Below are positions 1 through 10,722 of a stretch of 64,000 bases of DNA, piece after piece; the first letter of the stretch is position 1; the number at the start of each line of letters is the position of its first letter. A model generated the notes under the pieces. It was not told the DNA's origin. It worked only from the letters and a program-made list of their open reading frames with translations, and did no database searches. The translations under genes and the position numbers were made by a program. Origin of the DNA: Caldilineaceae bacterium (GTDB lineage: Bacteria > Chloroflexota > Anaerolineae > Caldilineales > Caldilineaceae); contig JAJEDI010000091.1 of the NCBI GenBank assembly GCA_022821585.1, positions 49,547 to 113,546 on the forward strand, written 5' to 3'.

Positions 1-259
1 CTACAGAGGCTGCTCCGCTGCCAATTACAAGCCTGTCTGCCGCAACGCCGGACTCGATCACTGCATCGACAGCTGCCATACGTTCTCTGCCAGAAAATGA
101 GGTCGCTTCACTGTTCGTACCGAAAAGTACGAGACCGTGACATCCTCCCTCCAGCAGTCGATGGCAGAACTCGGTATAAGCCGGCAAGTCGATGGAAAGG
201 TCAGCGCGTATTGGCGTCAGTGTGGGGGCGAATACGCCGCGCAGCGAGAGTTCAGTCAT
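1..259 (-). CDS. DapA-family class I aldolase (dihydrodipicolinate synthase / related lyase family). Only the N-terminal 86 codons are present; the gene continues beyond the left edge.
   Basis: Absent from the ORF track because it is truncated. Reverse translation from the ATG at 259 gives MTELSLRGVFAPTLTPIRADLSIDLPAYTEFCHRLLEGGCHGLVLFGTNSEATSFSGRERMAAVDAVIESG. This matches the GxFxxxxTP...G(T/S)xxE...ER N-terminal pattern of the DapA family. A GAGGGA Shine-Dalgarno-like element lies just upstream. Confidence 0.6.
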   Translation of the reverse strand, partial: MTELSLRGVFAPTLTPIRADLSIDLPAYTEFCHRLLEGGCHGLVLFGTNSEATSFSGRERMAAVDAVIESGVAADRLVIGSGAASV

Positions 260-736
260 GGATTGTTCCCTCTGTCAGTTTCTCTAATGGAGAAGGCCGG
301 CATTGTCGTTCACTGGGCTACATGTTACGACCGCCAGGCGGGCGTTGTCAAATGGTCCGAGGCAGGGAGGGGAGAAAAGATTTTCGATGGGTCGGTTCAC
401 ACCTGTGTACGTTGCAATGGAGTCCGAATTCCTGAAGATCGGTGTAGTTGAAGTTTCAGAGTCTGTTGGCTCCTTCTGTGCAGGCACTTCAAAACCGAAT
501 CTTTGCTGCCATTTCAAATTGCTGCAAGGATTTGCAACTGTCGCGGAGTCTCCCCGTCTCACTGATCCAGGTTGGCAAAACTCTCTCGGCTTCAGTACAG
601 ACTCGAACGAAAGGAACCTGCCAGAAGTCGTCTGGCCGTCACCGTCAATCGTCGCGTCAGAATCTGGCATTCGGCTGCAAGAGATCGTAGACTAGGAACT
701 GAACTCATATTCAAGTGTTGTGAAAAGGAGAGATTT

Positions 737-1339
737 GTGTCCAACCACGATGCCAAATTCGAAAAGGAACTCGAAGCCGCATATCTGGAAGTCGACAATG
801 CCCGGAAGAAACTAGCCGAACTGCGCAGGAAGCTGCCCCAGGAGGCCGTTGATGACTACGAGCTTCAGGGGCCGAACGGCCCTGTTAGCCTGTCGGCCCT
901 GTTCGGTGAAAAAGAAGACCTCATTCTTGTCCACAACATGGGCTCCGGTTGCTCCTATTGCACCCTGTGGGCCGACAACTTCAACGGAGTCGCCCACCAT
1001 CTGCAGGACCGCGCAGCGTTTGTTCTTGTCTCTCCTGACAGCCCTGCCGACCAGCAGGAGTTCGCACGCGGACGCGGCTGGCGATTCCCCGTCTATTCCG
1101 CTCAAGGATCTGACTTCACCGCCGACATGGGCTTTCAGAGCACGGGCGGTGGCTTCATGTCCGGCTACCAGCCAGGCGTCTCCGTATTTCGCAAGAACGA
1201 CGATGGCAGCATCACGCGCGTAGCCAAGGACCATTTCGGTCCCGGCGACTCCTACTGCGGGATCTGGCACTTGTTCGACCTGCTCCCCGACGGCGCGGCT
1301 GGCTGGAATCCGCAGTACGAATACTCCGACCAAGAATAA
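737..1339 (+). CDS. DUF899-like thioredoxin-fold protein
   Basis: Lies within ORF 572..1339. I prefer the GTG at 737 because it is preceded by AAAGGAGAG. Blocks RRKLPQEAVDDYELQGPNGPVSLSALFGEKEDLILVH, GCSYCTLWAD and GWRFPVYSAQGSDF resemble DUF899 proteins. Confidence 0.7.
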   Translation: MSNHDAKFEKELEAAYLEVDNARKKLAELRRKLPQEAVDDYELQGPNGPVSLSALFGEKEDLILVHNMGSGCSYCTLWADNFNGVAHHLQDRAAFVLVSPDSPADQQEFARGRGWRFPVYSAQGSDFTADMGFQSTGGGFMSGYQPGVSVFRKNDDGSITRVAKDHFGPGDSYCGIWHLFDLLPDGAAGWNPQYEYSDQE

Positions 1340-1359
1340 CCATTACCTAGAACCAAAAT

Positions 1360-1385
1360 GGCGGCGTCATCCTGTTGACGCCGCC
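1360..1385 (-). terminator. Perfect 10-bp GC-rich hairpin. It is a candidate intrinsic terminator, with the better U-tract on the minus strand.
   Basis: GGCGGCGTCA-tcctgt-TGACGCCGCC. Read on the minus strand it is followed by ATTTTGGTT. It sits 20 nt after the DUF899 stop and overlaps the stop of the small minus-strand ORF 1367..1654. Confidence 0.4.
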
Positions 1386-1902
1386 GCTTGCGCGCGAATT
1401 GGCGGTGAGATCCAGCATTTATTCTGATTCAGCGGCTTTTGGGTCGAGCAGAGATACCAAGAGGTGTGGACAGATCCGTTGACGGCGAGCTCAGACCGGT
1501 TTCCGGATGCGCGGAAGCAATTCTTGTATTCAGCGCGGATGCAGTCCTCATTGCCCGGATTCTGAGCCGCGTACTCATAGACTGATTGCTCATGCAAAGC
1601 GAATTTTACTGTTTGCACATTAACACCAAATTTGGGCATAATACGCAAATTCACTTATTTGGGCCGAGATTGTGGCAGATTTCACTAGTTCCTTTCGAGG
1701 CGCTCATCTCCAAGTGCGAGTTGGAGGAAACCTATAGAATGGAACTTGGAGGAGTTGGGCAAGTTGCACTTCCAGACCTCCAAAATCAATGTATTTCTGG
1801 AGTGGGATAGAATTCTGCTGACCATTGCAGGACCAGAACCGGCATGACATTCGAACAGCGCTCAGCGGCGCCAGCCATGAAGCGCTAATCTGAATCACAC
1901 CA

Positions 1903-3402
1903 ATGGCGGTGAAGAGCGTGCCAACACAAGACGAGACCGTAAACGAGAGTGCCATCAGCCTGTTCAGCAACTACGCCTTGGACGGGACCATTTTCGACGA
2001 GATGTTCCAGGAGAACGGCCGGCCGAGGGCATCGTACGAAAAGCTGCTTCAGAGCATTCTTGAACTGCAGGCCAGCGAACTGACCCAACGCCAACAGGCC
2101 GCTGACCTCACCTTCCTGAACCGGGGCATCACCTTCACCGTCTATGGTGAAGACTCGACCATTGAACGAATCTTCCCCTACGACATACTACCCCGAATCA
2201 TCAGCGATCAGGAGTGGAAAAAGATCGAACTCGGCTTGTGCCAGCGCATTCACGCCATCAACCTTTTCCTGCGCGACGCCTATCACGAAGGTCGCATATT
2301 GCAGGAAGGAAAGATCCCCTTCGACCTGATATACAGTTGCGCCAACTACCAGCGAGAAATGCGGGGGGTCAAAGTCGCCAATGATGTGTACACCTCGATA
2401 GTAGGCACCGACCTCGTTCGCCTTCCCAGCGGCGAATTTGCCGTCCTGGAAGACAACCTACGTGTCCCCAGCGGTGTCTCATACATGCTGGCCAATCGTG
2501 AGGTTATGACCCAGATTTTCCCGGGCATGTTCGGCGGCTATGGTATCAAACCCATTGGTCACTACGGCCAGGCCCTGCTGGAGCAGTTACAGACGCTTAC
2601 ACCCAAGGGGCGCGACGCGACCATTGTTCTGCTGACACCAGGGATCTTCAATTCCGCCTACTTTGAACACACTTTTCTTGCCCGGGTCATGGGAATTGAA
2701 CTGGTGGAAGGCGCCGACCTGCTGATCCATGACGGTTTTGTGTATATGCGAACGACCAGCGGGTTGCAGCGCGTAGACGTCATATACCGCCGCATCGACG
2801 ATGAATTCGTCGATCCGCTTCATTTCGAGCCTGACTCCGTCCTGGGCGTTCCCGGGCTCTTCAATGCCTATCGCGCTGGAAACATTACACTTGCCAACGC
2901 TATCGGCACTGGGATTGCGGATGACAAGGCTGTCTATGCGTTCGTTCCTGAGATGATCCGCTACTATTTGGGCGAGGAACCAATCCTTCAGAACATCGAG
3001 ACCTATCTTTGCATGAGAGACGACGAGCGGGCCTATGTTCTCGATAATCTCGACAAGCTGGTCGTCAAAGCCGTTGGCGAATCAGGCGGTTACGGTATGT
3101 TGATCGGCCCTCACAGTACGGCCAAAGAACGCGAGAGTTTTCGCCAGCAGATTCAGGAGAATCCCCGCAACTACATCGCTCAGCCAACCTTGAGCCTGTC
3201 CCGCGCCCCCTGCTACATAGATGGCAACGTTGTTTCACGCCACGTCGACCTGCGGCCCTTCATTCTCTACGGGGGCGAGCAGGAAAACACGGTCATTGTG
3301 CCAGGTGGATTGACTCGCGTGGCTCTGCGGGAAGGATCGCTTGTCGTCAACTCTTCACAGGGCGGGGGCAGTAAAGACACGTGGGTCCTGCAAGAGAATT
3401 GA
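1903..3402 (+). CDS. circularly permuted type-2 ATP-grasp protein (DUF404/DUF407 family amidoligase)
   Basis: 499-aa ORF with family-typical blocks [62 protein letters not shown] and LRPFILYG. It is followed by its two conserved partner genes. Confidence 0.85.
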   Translation: MAVKSVPTQDETVNESAISLFSNYALDGTIFDEMFQENGRPRASYEKLLQSILELQASELTQRQQAADLTFLNRGITFTVYGEDSTIERIFPYDILPRIISDQEWKKIELGLCQRIHAINLFLRDAYHEGRILQEGKIPFDLIYSCANYQREMRGVKVANDVYTSIVGTDLVRLPSGEFAVLEDNLRVPSGVSYMLANREVMTQIFPGMFGGYGIKPIGHYGQALLEQLQTLTPKGRDATIVLLTPGIFNSAYFEHTFLARVMGIELVEGADLLIHDGFVYMRTTSGLQRVDVIYRRIDDEFVDPLHFEPDSVLGVPGLFNAYRAGNITLANAIGTGIADDKAVYAFVPEMIRYYLGEEPILQNIETYLCMRDDERAYVLDNLDKLVVKAVGESGGYGMLIGPHSTAKERESFRQQIQENPRNYIAQPTLSLSRAPCYIDGNVVSRHVDLRPFILYGGEQENTVIVPGGLTRVALREGSLVVNSSQGGGSKDTWVLQEN

Positions 3403-3424
3403 TTTCAATATAGGAAGTGCGCTA

Positions 3425-4402
3425 ATGCTTTCCAGGTCTGCAGACAGTATGTACTGGATCGGACGGTACATGGAGCGGGCGGAAAACACAATCCGCTTGC
3501 TTAGGGTCCGCCTGAATTTTATGGTCGGCCAGGCGGCGCAACATGGGAACGATCGCGGCTGGCAGCAGTTCTTCTCTGCGCTTCGCCAACCCCCTCCGGT
3601 TATGAAGAATGGCGTGGTGGACAGCGCGGCGGCTCTGAGAATGGCCCACGATCTCACTTTTGACGCCGCTAACCAGACTTCGATATCGGGCTGTATCAAT
3701 CTGGCCAGGTCCAATGCGCGAACAGTGCGTTCACAGCTCAGCAGCCAGCTTTGGGAACACATGAACCGGCTCTATTTGCGGCTTCACGCATGGCAAGGGC
3801 ACCAGAATTGGCACGATGAACGCGACATCTTCTTCAGAGAGTTGGAAAGCAGTGTCTCCCTATTTCAGGGACTGGCGCTCTCATCGCTTTTGCACGATGA
3901 AGGCTGGCTTTTCATCCAGATCGGGGGACACTTGGAACGAATATTCTCTGTCTGCTACCTCCTGCAGGCACACTTCCATTACTTTGGCGTACATGGGGGT
4001 GAAGAGTTGGAGACGGTCGATCCTCTCAATGGAATCGGCGTTCTTCGCGCCTGCAACTCATTCGAATCATACTGCCGGGTTTATGACCCGCGGCCCGAAA
4101 CACGGCAGGTAACGTCGTTCCTCTTGCTGAACCCTTACCTTCCAAACTCGGTCCGATTCAATGTCGACCAGATGGCGACCCTTTTGAGGCAGGTGGCCGG
4201 CGCAACCGAAACTCGTCGCGGCGGAGACTTGAATCGGATATCAGGTAAGCTAAAGGCCAATCTGGAGTACAGTCAAATTGAAGATATAGCTGAAGTCGGG
4301 GCGCACGCCTATATCTCTGGCATCATGGACAGTTGTAATCAGATCCACGATGCTCTCTATGACGCCTATTTCAACTATACAATTGAAGAGGAATTCTCTT
4401 AA
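3425..4402 (+). CDS. alpha-E domain protein (DUF403)
   Basis: Internal ATG of ORF 3341..4402, 22 nt after the ATP-grasp stop. The N-terminus MLSRSADSMYWIGRYMERAENTIRLL is the hallmark of alpha-E proteins. Confidence 0.85.
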   Translation: MLSRSADSMYWIGRYMERAENTIRLLRVRLNFMVGQAAQHGNDRGWQQFFSALRQPPPVMKNGVVDSAAALRMAHDLTFDAANQTSISGCINLARSNARTVRSQLSSQLWEHMNRLYLRLHAWQGHQNWHDERDIFFRELESSVSLFQGLALSSLLHDEGWLFIQIGGHLERIFSVCYLLQAHFHYFGVHGGEELETVDPLNGIGVLRACNSFESYCRVYDPRPETRQVTSFLLLNPYLPNSVRFNVDQMATLLRQVAGATETRRGGDLNRISGKLKANLEYSQIEDIAEVGAHAYISGIMDSCNQIHDALYDAYFNYTIEEEFS

Positions 4403-4424
4403 CGGTCCATCTGCGAATCTGCAA

Positions 4425-5396
4425 ATGAAATACTACACAATTCACCACCACACAAGGTATCGCTACGAATCCGACGTCAGTGAAAGCACGATGGAGGTGC
4501 GTATGCAGCCACGCACCGACCGCCAGCAGCGTTGTCTGAATTTCCGGCTGGAAGTGTGGCCCCATGCACAGGTGCTGGCAACGAGCGACTGCATGCAGAA
4601 TGCGATTCACTATTTTGATATCCCCAGGAGCCACTCCGAGTTACTCTTGCGCGCCCAGACGTTGGTCATGGTTCAGGAGTCCGAGCCTTTACCGGAGAGC
4701 CTGGATGCTTCCGAATGGCAGAAGTTGGGAGAGATCGCCGCCACCGGCCAGCACTGGGACTGGCTGACGCCAAGTAGCTTCGCGCGCCCGACCGAGCAGC
4801 TGTCGGACTTCGCGGACGAGATTGGCTTCGGGCAGAATCAGGACCCACTCAGCGCTGTCATTCAGCTGAACGAGAGGGTTCACGACGCCTTAGAGTATAC
4901 ACCGAAGAGTACGGCCGTAGACTCACCAATCGATACAGCTCTGGAAAAACGCCGCGGGGTCTGTCAGGACTATAGTCACATTATGATCGCCCTGCTGCGT
5001 AAGGCAACTATCCCTGCCCGCTATATCAGCGGCTACGTATACCTGGATCCCGAGAGAAAGAAGGAAAAGGACATCTCAGGTGCCTCCCACGCTTGGGTGG
5101 AGGCTTTCCTTCCCACGACCGGATGGCTAGGGTTTGACCCAACCAACAATTCGTTTGTCAGCGACAAACATATCCGCATCGCTGTTGGCAGGGATTACGC
5201 AGATGTGCCGCCGACCAGGGGGACCTATAAGGGCAATGCCCGCAGCGAGTTGACCGTCGGTGTTCACATCTCTGAAACGGAAGATGAGGATATCCCTCAC
5301 GATCTGCTCGACAACGGCCACATTACGACCAGAGAGTTTGTCGAAGCAGAGAGCAGTACGCGACTGCGCCTTGAGCAGGAACAGCAGCAACAATAG
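4425..5396 (+). CDS. transglutaminase-like cysteine peptidase family protein
   Basis: Internal ATG of ORF 4350..5396, 22 nt after the alpha-E stop. It has a Bact_transglu_N-like start (YYTIHHHTRYRYESDVSES). Cys-His-Asp triad candidates are GVCQDYSH, SHAWVEAF and GFDPTN. The C-terminus ends in EQEQQQQ. Confidence 0.85.
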   Translation: MKYYTIHHHTRYRYESDVSESTMEVRMQPRTDRQQRCLNFRLEVWPHAQVLATSDCMQNAIHYFDIPRSHSELLLRAQTLVMVQESEPLPESLDASEWQKLGEIAATGQHWDWLTPSSFARPTEQLSDFADEIGFGQNQDPLSAVIQLNERVHDALEYTPKSTAVDSPIDTALEKRRGVCQDYSHIMIALLRKATIPARYISGYVYLDPERKKEKDISGASHAWVEAFLPTTGWLGFDPTNNSFVSDKHIRIAVGRDYADVPPTRGTYKGNARSELTVGVHISETEDEDIPHDLLDNGHITTREFVEAESSTRLRLEQEQQQQ

Positions 5397-5515
5397 CAGT
5401 TTCACAAGGTTGGCAGACGCAGAGAAGGGCCGGCTCAGTACACTGATGAGCCGACCCAACCTGACGGGATGTTCCATTTGTGGGCAACTGTCTGACTAAA
5501 TGCCAGGTGCTGGTT

Positions 5516-5836
5516 CTACTGGATCACAGATTTCGGAGTCGGGACGAGACGCTGAACCTTGATCGTTTCCCGGTTAAGCATATCCGGGATGTTTGGTGCA
5601 ATCTCGTTCACCCAGCCGTCGGACTGATAAACCGCCTCGTAGAGCGCTTCCCTGTCTGACTCATCCTCGAAGCGACGCAACCAGACGTAGCAGTTTTCGT
5701 CTTCCTCGTCAATGAACGACCCGGCAACGACCATTCCTTTCGACACTTGAAATGGGATGATCACATTCTCCATGTACTCGACCCAGGCGTCGCGCTTTCC
5801 TGGATGACACTCGTAGATCCTGTACTCATACAACAT
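5516..5836 (-). CDS. NIPSNAP family protein
   Basis: 106 aa. MLYEYRIYECHPGKRDAWVEYMENVIIPFQ...CYVWLRRFEDESDREALYEAVYQSDGW fits the NIPSNAP dimeric alpha-beta barrel pattern. It starts 35 nt downstream of the GH4 gene on the same strand. Confidence 0.7.
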   Translation of the reverse strand: MLYEYRIYECHPGKRDAWVEYMENVIIPFQVSKGMVVAGSFIDEEDENCYVWLRRFEDESDREALYEAVYQSDGWVNEIAPNIPDMLNRETIKVQRLVPTPKSVIQ

Positions 5837-5871
5837 TAATCCCTCTCCTCATTGCTTGGATTTGGGCTCCC

Positions 5872-7272
5872 TCAATCGGCTGCAACTGGCTCCGGTTGGA
5901 ACTCGGTCAGCAGCCGCATCGGACTGTCCCCTTCGACTTCAAATCGGTCAAATGTAGGAAGATGCTCCACATTTGCCGCCAACATCTCATTTACCATTTC
6001 TCTAATTTCAGCCATCGACAACACTGCCGTGGTCAGGGGATCGTGCAGAATCGCTTGAAAAATCTTACGGGGGTCGCCCTCTGTGATCCCCTCTACTGCC
6101 AGCTCTTCAATCTGTGCGCTCAGGCCAGTCAGCATAGCTACGGACGCCGGTAGCGGCCCGACCTGCACGCTTTCCAATCCCTTCTTGCTTGCCCAAACCG
6201 GAATCTCGACGCAAGCTTCCACGGGCAAATTGTCTACCAGCGGCGTCGCCCCCTCGCCATTGGGCATGTTGCCGTTAAACTGGAAGGGCTCGTCTCCTTC
6301 AAGTGCGTTGATGATGTAGGCGGCGTACTCATATCCACGCGTGAGGTTCAGCGGAGCCGAGTCGTCAAGCCAGGCACGAATCTGCTCTTCCCAGTCATCT
6401 TCCCTGGCCGAATAGTGTCTCAGGACGTAGGCGTATTCGCCTGGATTCCAGCCTGTGCCGTGCGTACAGTACTTTTCGATCAGGTCCGGGCGCTTACGGA
6501 ACCAGGGGTTGTACTCCGAGTGATGGCCGCTAGACTCAGTCGGGTAGTAATCAAGGTGCAGGAACATCTCGTTGCGCACCTGCTCTTCGTTGTATACCTC
6601 GGGCCTCTCTGTTATTGCCTTGCGGATCAGAGGATAGGCGTCCTCGCCGTTCCACTCAAATTTCAGATACCAGGCCATGTGGTTGATACCGGCACAGGTG
6701 TAGGTAATCTCATTGGGGGGAGCCCCGATCCAGCGCGCAAGCATGGTTGCCGTGCCTTGCACACTGTGGCAGAGGCCCGTAGCAACGATCCTGGTCTCCT
6801 TCTGAATTGCCCGGCAGTTGATAACCATTGGATTGGTGTAGTTGAGCATAACCGCATCGGGGCAGAGACGCTCCATATCACGGGCAATTTCGACCATCAC
6901 GGGCGTGGTGCGCATGGCCCGGAATATGCCAGAAGGACCTCGTGTATCGCCGATGTTTGTATCGATTCCGTACTGCTTGGGGATCTCGATGTCTTTTCGC
7001 CAGACATCGGTCTGGCCGACAAGGATGGTAACGATTACATAGTCGGCGCCCTCCAAGGCCTCTTCCCTGCTGAGCGTAGTCTCCACCGTGGCAGGATAAT
7101 GTCCTTCGCGAACGATGCGGCGCACGGCCTTTTCGATATAGCCAAGTTTCCTGGAATCGATGTCCATTAGACAGATTGTGGCGTCCTCAAGAAGTGGAAA
7201 TGTAAGCACGTCTTTGACAAGCTTCCTAGTAAAGCCAAAGCTGCCAGCACCTATGAACGTGACCTTTGTCAA
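5872..7272 (-). CDS. glycoside hydrolase family 4 (NAD/Mn-dependent alpha-glucosidase or alpha-galactosidase)
   Basis: 466 aa with an N-terminal Rossmann motif [12 protein letters not shown], the GH4 Cys-His block [10 protein letters not shown], and NYTNPM and GINHMAW blocks. Confidence 0.85.
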   Translation of the reverse strand: MTKVTFIGAGSFGFTRKLVKDVLTFPLLEDATICLMDIDSRKLGYIEKAVRRIVREGHYPATVETTLSREEALEGADYVIVTILVGQTDVWRKDIEIPKQYGIDTNIGDTRGPSGIFRAMRTTPVMVEIARDMERLCPDAVMLNYTNPMVINCRAIQKETRIVATGLCHSVQGTATMLARWIGAPPNEITYTCAGINHMAWYLKFEWNGEDAYPLIRKAITERPEVYNEEQVRNEMFLHLDYYPTESSGHHSEYNPWFRKRPDLIEKYCTHGTGWNPGEYAYVLRHYSAREDDWEEQIRAWLDDSAPLNLTRGYEYAAYIINALEGDEPFQFNGNMPNGEGATPLVDNLPVEACVEIPVWASKKGLESVQVGPLPASVAMLTGLSAQIEELAVEGITEGDPRKIFQAILHDPLTTAVLSMAEIREMVNEMLAANVEHLPTFDRFEVEGDSPMRLLTEFQPEPVAAD

Positions 7273-7443
7273 TTGAATTCCTCCTATGGAGAGCAGTTCA
7301 TTGGAAAGCGGGTGGCCCGACCAGGGGGCGTGAAGTTGACGGTTTGCGCCAATGTGCGGCGTGCTGTGGGCCTGCAGTTCGGTCAGCTCGATCTATCCCT
7401 TGATCATAGCACTGCGTCTTTCAGATTCCCAACGTCCGAGTTC

Positions 7444-7806
7444 TCAAACTCGCAAAATTCGGCCAAAAAAAGGTACGGGCGAACGACGTGCGCGCAGTGC
7501 ATTGACGATCCCCACTATCCACGCCACCACCACTGCCAGGTAGACGGCGACAACGAGAGCAAAAACATATGCCGCGACAACGCCGCCAAATGGAAGGAGG
7601 GAAATGATCCATGAGAAGAGGATCCAAACGGCAGGAGCCAGGATCAGTGCAGCTACAATCGACAGGGACTGCATAGCGTGATATCGCGAAAAGGCGTCGT
7701 CTTTGCGAAGTAGCAAAATGTAGGCAGGGCCCAGCACCGGCAGCAGATAGGCCAGCAAGGCGGCGTCCACGTTTAGGCCGCGTCTTTCGGTTTCTCTCTC
7801 GGTCAT
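7444..7806 (-). CDS. DUF4870-like small membrane protein
   Basis: 120 aa with 3 predicted TM helices. [18 protein letters not shown] resembles the DUF4870 core. The start overlaps the stop of the upstream ATPase gene by 4 nt (ATGA), implying translational coupling. Confidence 0.55.
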   Translation of the reverse strand: MTERETERRGLNVDAALLAYLLPVLGPAYILLLRKDDAFSRYHAMQSLSIVAALILAPAVWILFSWIISLLPFGGVVAAYVFALVVAVYLAVVVAWIVGIVNALRARRSPVPFFGRILRV

Positions 7807-8819
7807 TCCGCTTCTCCGATCCCATGTAGGGTCAACTCACGGGCGAAATGACAGCTGGCAAAGTGGCCCGGTTCGATCTCCTCCAGGTGCGGCTCCTCTT
7901 GCGTACACTGTTCCTGCGCGTAAAGGCAACGGGGATGGAATACGCATCCTGACGGCGGATTGGCAGGACTGGGTATATCGCCCTCGAGGATGATCCGATT
8001 CAGCTTAATCTCAGGGTCTGCAGGGGGTATGGCCGAGACCAGTGCTTCAGTATAGGGGTGAAGCGGCCGTCTGAGGAGCCGTTGAGAATCGGCAATCTCC
8101 ACCAGCCGTCCAACGTACATGACGGCAATCCGGTCACACATGTGCTCAACCACAGAGAGGTCATGGGCGATGAACAGGTAGGTCAGCCCCAACTCATCTT
8201 TCAGTTCCTGGAGGAGGTTCAGCACCTGGGCCTGTATCGATACATCCAGAGCCGAGACCGGCTCGTCGGCGATGATCAGCCGCGGCCTGAGTGCCAAGGT
8301 ACGCGCCAGGCCAATCCGCTGCCGCTGGCCTCCGGAGAACTCATGGGGGTATCGACGCATGTAGTTTGGGTCCAGCCCGACTGCGGTCATCAGTTCGGAA
8401 ACGCGGCTCTCCAGAGCGCGTCCGGACGCCTCTTTGTGAATAATGAGCGGTTCGCCAATAAGATCTTTCACCGTCAGTCGCGGATTCAGCGAGCTGAACG
8501 GATCCTGGAAGATCATTCGCATTTCTTTGCGCAGCGGCTTCATTTCCGCCTGTTCGATGTTTGCGATGTCGATGCGCTCGCCTTCGGCCGAGGTGTACCA
8601 GATTTCGCCGGCGGTCGGATCGTAGAGCCTGAGCACGCTGCGCCCGACGGTGGTTTTGCCGGAGCCGCTTTCTCCGACAAGCCCCAACGCTTCGTTGCGG
8701 TTGATCGCGAAGCTGACGCCGTCGACTGCCTTAACATGCCCAATGATTCGTTGCAGGAAGCCCTTGCGAATTGGAAACCATTGCTTCAGACCGTTAACTT
8801 CAAGCAGAGTTTCTTGCAT
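7803..8819 (-). CDS. Opp/Dpp-family ABC transporter ATP-binding protein (OppF/DppF type)
   Basis: Walker [10 protein letters not shown], signature FSGGQRQR, Walker [13 protein letters not shown], and a C-terminal oligopeptide-transporter Cys motif [11 protein letters not shown]. Confidence 0.9.
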   Translation of the reverse strand: MQETLLEVNGLKQWFPIRKGFLQRIIGHVKAVDGVSFAINRNEALGLVGESGSGKTTVGRSVLRLYDPTAGEIWYTSAEGERIDIANIEQAEMKPLRKEMRMIFQDPFSSLNPRLTVKDLIGEPLIIHKEASGRALESRVSELMTAVGLDPNYMRRYPHEFSGGQRQRIGLARTLALRPRLIIADEPVSALDVSIQAQVLNLLQELKDELGLTYLFIAHDLSVVEHMCDRIAVMYVGRLVEIADSQRLLRRPLHPYTEALVSAIPPADPEIKLNRIILEGDIPSPANPPSGCVFHPRCLYAQEQCTQEEPHLEEIEPGHFASCHFARELTLHGIGEAE

Positions 8820-8833
8820 TTGTCCTCAGTGCT

Positions 8834-10702
8834 CTAGCGGTCGTCGTCGGGCGCGACCTGAACCTGGAAACCCTCCGATGCCAGGAGGATATCAGGATCG
8901 GTCCAACCCTTCCACTCCTGCAGCTGCTGAAATGCCCTGCGAAAAATAAGCTGCACTTCAATGTCGACCCCGTCCGGGACGCCGGCACCATCTCCCTCCG
9001 GCAAGGCAAAACGGAAGCTGCCCATTCTCGAAGAAAGCGCCGGAATGCGCGTGTCTTCCACCAACTCTACCATCCGCCAGTGAGAATACGTCGGTTCTTC
9101 ACCGGTCAGTGTATCGCGCAGGATTTTGGCGTAGGCCTGGCCGGCGAATCCTGCAACGTCGCCTGCCCATTCCGGCAGCACTTCACCGTCTGCCAGGTCC
9201 AGGTCGTTCCCGCTGCCGTCAGTGGCACGTACAATCAGGAGCACCTGGCGCAGCGGAGACCCTGTGGGATAATGATGGCCTGCTCCCGTATTTCTTACTA
9301 CTATGTTAACCACGACCTCGGCGCCGTCGACTTCGGCAGATGCCTCCAGTGAGATAGCGCTTCGCAGGAACAGTTCGTCGCCAGCGCCTGGCATCTGATG
9401 CAAATGGATCTGGTCCAATTCCCGGAACAGTCCTCCTTTTTCCGGGTAGACGAAATAGCTGCGCTGCGACCGTTCGGCCAGCTTGCCCAGGCCAGCCGGC
9501 AACGTGCGCCCGCTGGCTTTTTCCAGCCAGGCAGCCGTCTGGACGAGGCTTTCCATGCGGGATGTGAGTCGCGGCGCCTCGGGCATATGACAGTTCTGGC
9601 AGGTTTGGCCGGCGTCTGGGTCACTGTAGGGGCTTTCGAGCCACTCACCATAGGAATTGTAGATTTCAGTCTCGTCATTGACGCCGAAGTGACAGGCTGC
9701 GCAGAACGCGCTCTCGCGGTGCAGCTGATTGAAACTGTCCTTAGGTCGGGCAACGTCGTCTACCGTCCCCATCAACAGGTCCTCTCCCGTTTTGGGCCTG
9801 TAGAGGGTCAAGGAAAGGATGCCGGGCATCAGTGGATCCGGCAGCACAGTGTCGGTATAGAAGTTCACGGCGCCGATTTTGTGACAGAAGTCACAAGAGA
9901 TCCCTTCGGCGGCCACACCCACGGCTTCATTTGGGCTTACACCGTCGGGCAGCTCGTCGCTGGCGTCGCTTGTCTCCTGCATGTGGCAGCCGTTCCACCC
10001 ACAGGTGTTGTCGGCGTCCAGCTTTGAAGCCATCGGCGTATGGCAGGCTGCGCAGTTGCCGTCCCGCTTTGGGAAGTCCACTTTGAAGCCGGGGCCATAG
10101 TATGGGTCTTCCGGGTCGCGGGTGCGGGGCAGGCCTGTGTCGTAGTTGCTGTTGCGGCTGCGGTTGCCTTCAACGTCGGTACCGTTGTACATGGTCAGAA
10201 AGCGGAAGTTGACTGCCGACTGGCTGTGGGCGTCGCGCAGCCACTCATCATAGGAGGGGTGGCACTCTCCACAGTTGTTGGACGGCTCCCAGTCGTAGAC
10301 GGCGTTATCCACCCGGTTGTGGGGATGCAACTCGATGCCGACGTCATCGTCGCCGCCGCTGGCTTCGGTCCAGCCAAAGATGTATCCCTCTGCCCATGCC
10401 ACCAGAGTCACGCTTTCGGCGGAAGGTACGCCTTCGATCGTAAAGCCGCCGTCCTCCGTAGTATAGGTATGGTTCGCGGTGGTCTGAACCCTTACCAGGG
10501 CGCCGGCGACAGGACCGTCGGTGTCGGTCACAATGCCGCTGATTGACGCGGTGGCCGGTTGGGGCCAGGCGAATACGGCGACCACCGTGCCGAAGCAAAG
10601 CAGGACGAGAAGAAGCAGGAGGAATGCAATGGGGCGGGCCCAGGCTCGAAACACGACTGCAAAAGCATTGCCAACGTACAGAAATGACCTACGCCTGCCC
10701 AA
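8834..10702 (-). CDS. membrane-anchored multihaem c-type cytochrome with a carboxypeptidase-regulatory-like domain
   Basis: 622 aa with an N-terminal signal-anchor helix ([21 protein letters not shown]) and a CarboxypepD_reg-like segment ([28 protein letters not shown]). There are five CxxCH motifs (CGECH, CAACH, CDFCH, CAACH, CQNCH) plus CGWNGCH. A C-terminal beta-rich domain carries GAGHHYPTG. Confidence 0.75.
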   Translation of the reverse strand: MGRRRSFLYVGNAFAVVFRAWARPIAFLLLLLVLLCFGTVVAVFAWPQPATASISGIVTDTDGPVAGALVRVQTTANHTYTTEDGGFTIEGVPSAESVTLVAWAEGYIFGWTEASGGDDDVGIELHPHNRVDNAVYDWEPSNNCGECHPSYDEWLRDAHSQSAVNFRFLTMYNGTDVEGNRSRNSNYDTGLPRTRDPEDPYYGPGFKVDFPKRDGNCAACHTPMASKLDADNTCGWNGCHMQETSDASDELPDGVSPNEAVGVAAEGISCDFCHKIGAVNFYTDTVLPDPLMPGILSLTLYRPKTGEDLLMGTVDDVARPKDSFNQLHRESAFCAACHFGVNDETEIYNSYGEWLESPYSDPDAGQTCQNCHMPEAPRLTSRMESLVQTAAWLEKASGRTLPAGLGKLAERSQRSYFVYPEKGGLFRELDQIHLHQMPGAGDELFLRSAISLEASAEVDGAEVVVNIVVRNTGAGHHYPTGSPLRQVLLIVRATDGSGNDLDLADGEVLPEWAGDVAGFAGQAYAKILRDTLTGEEPTYSHWRMVELVEDTRIPALSSRMGSFRFALPEGDGAGVPDGVDIEVQLIFRRAFQQLQEWKGWTDPDILLASEGFQVQVAPDDDR

Positions 10703-10722
10703 CTTTGCTCTCCGTCTCCGGC

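Noticed and set aside
572-736. Upstream part of ORF 572..1339 as an N-terminal extension of the DUF899 protein.
   Set aside because: The extension is Arg-rich and non-homologous-looking. The GTG at 737 has a strong AAAGGAGAG SD, and the conserved region begins immediately after it.
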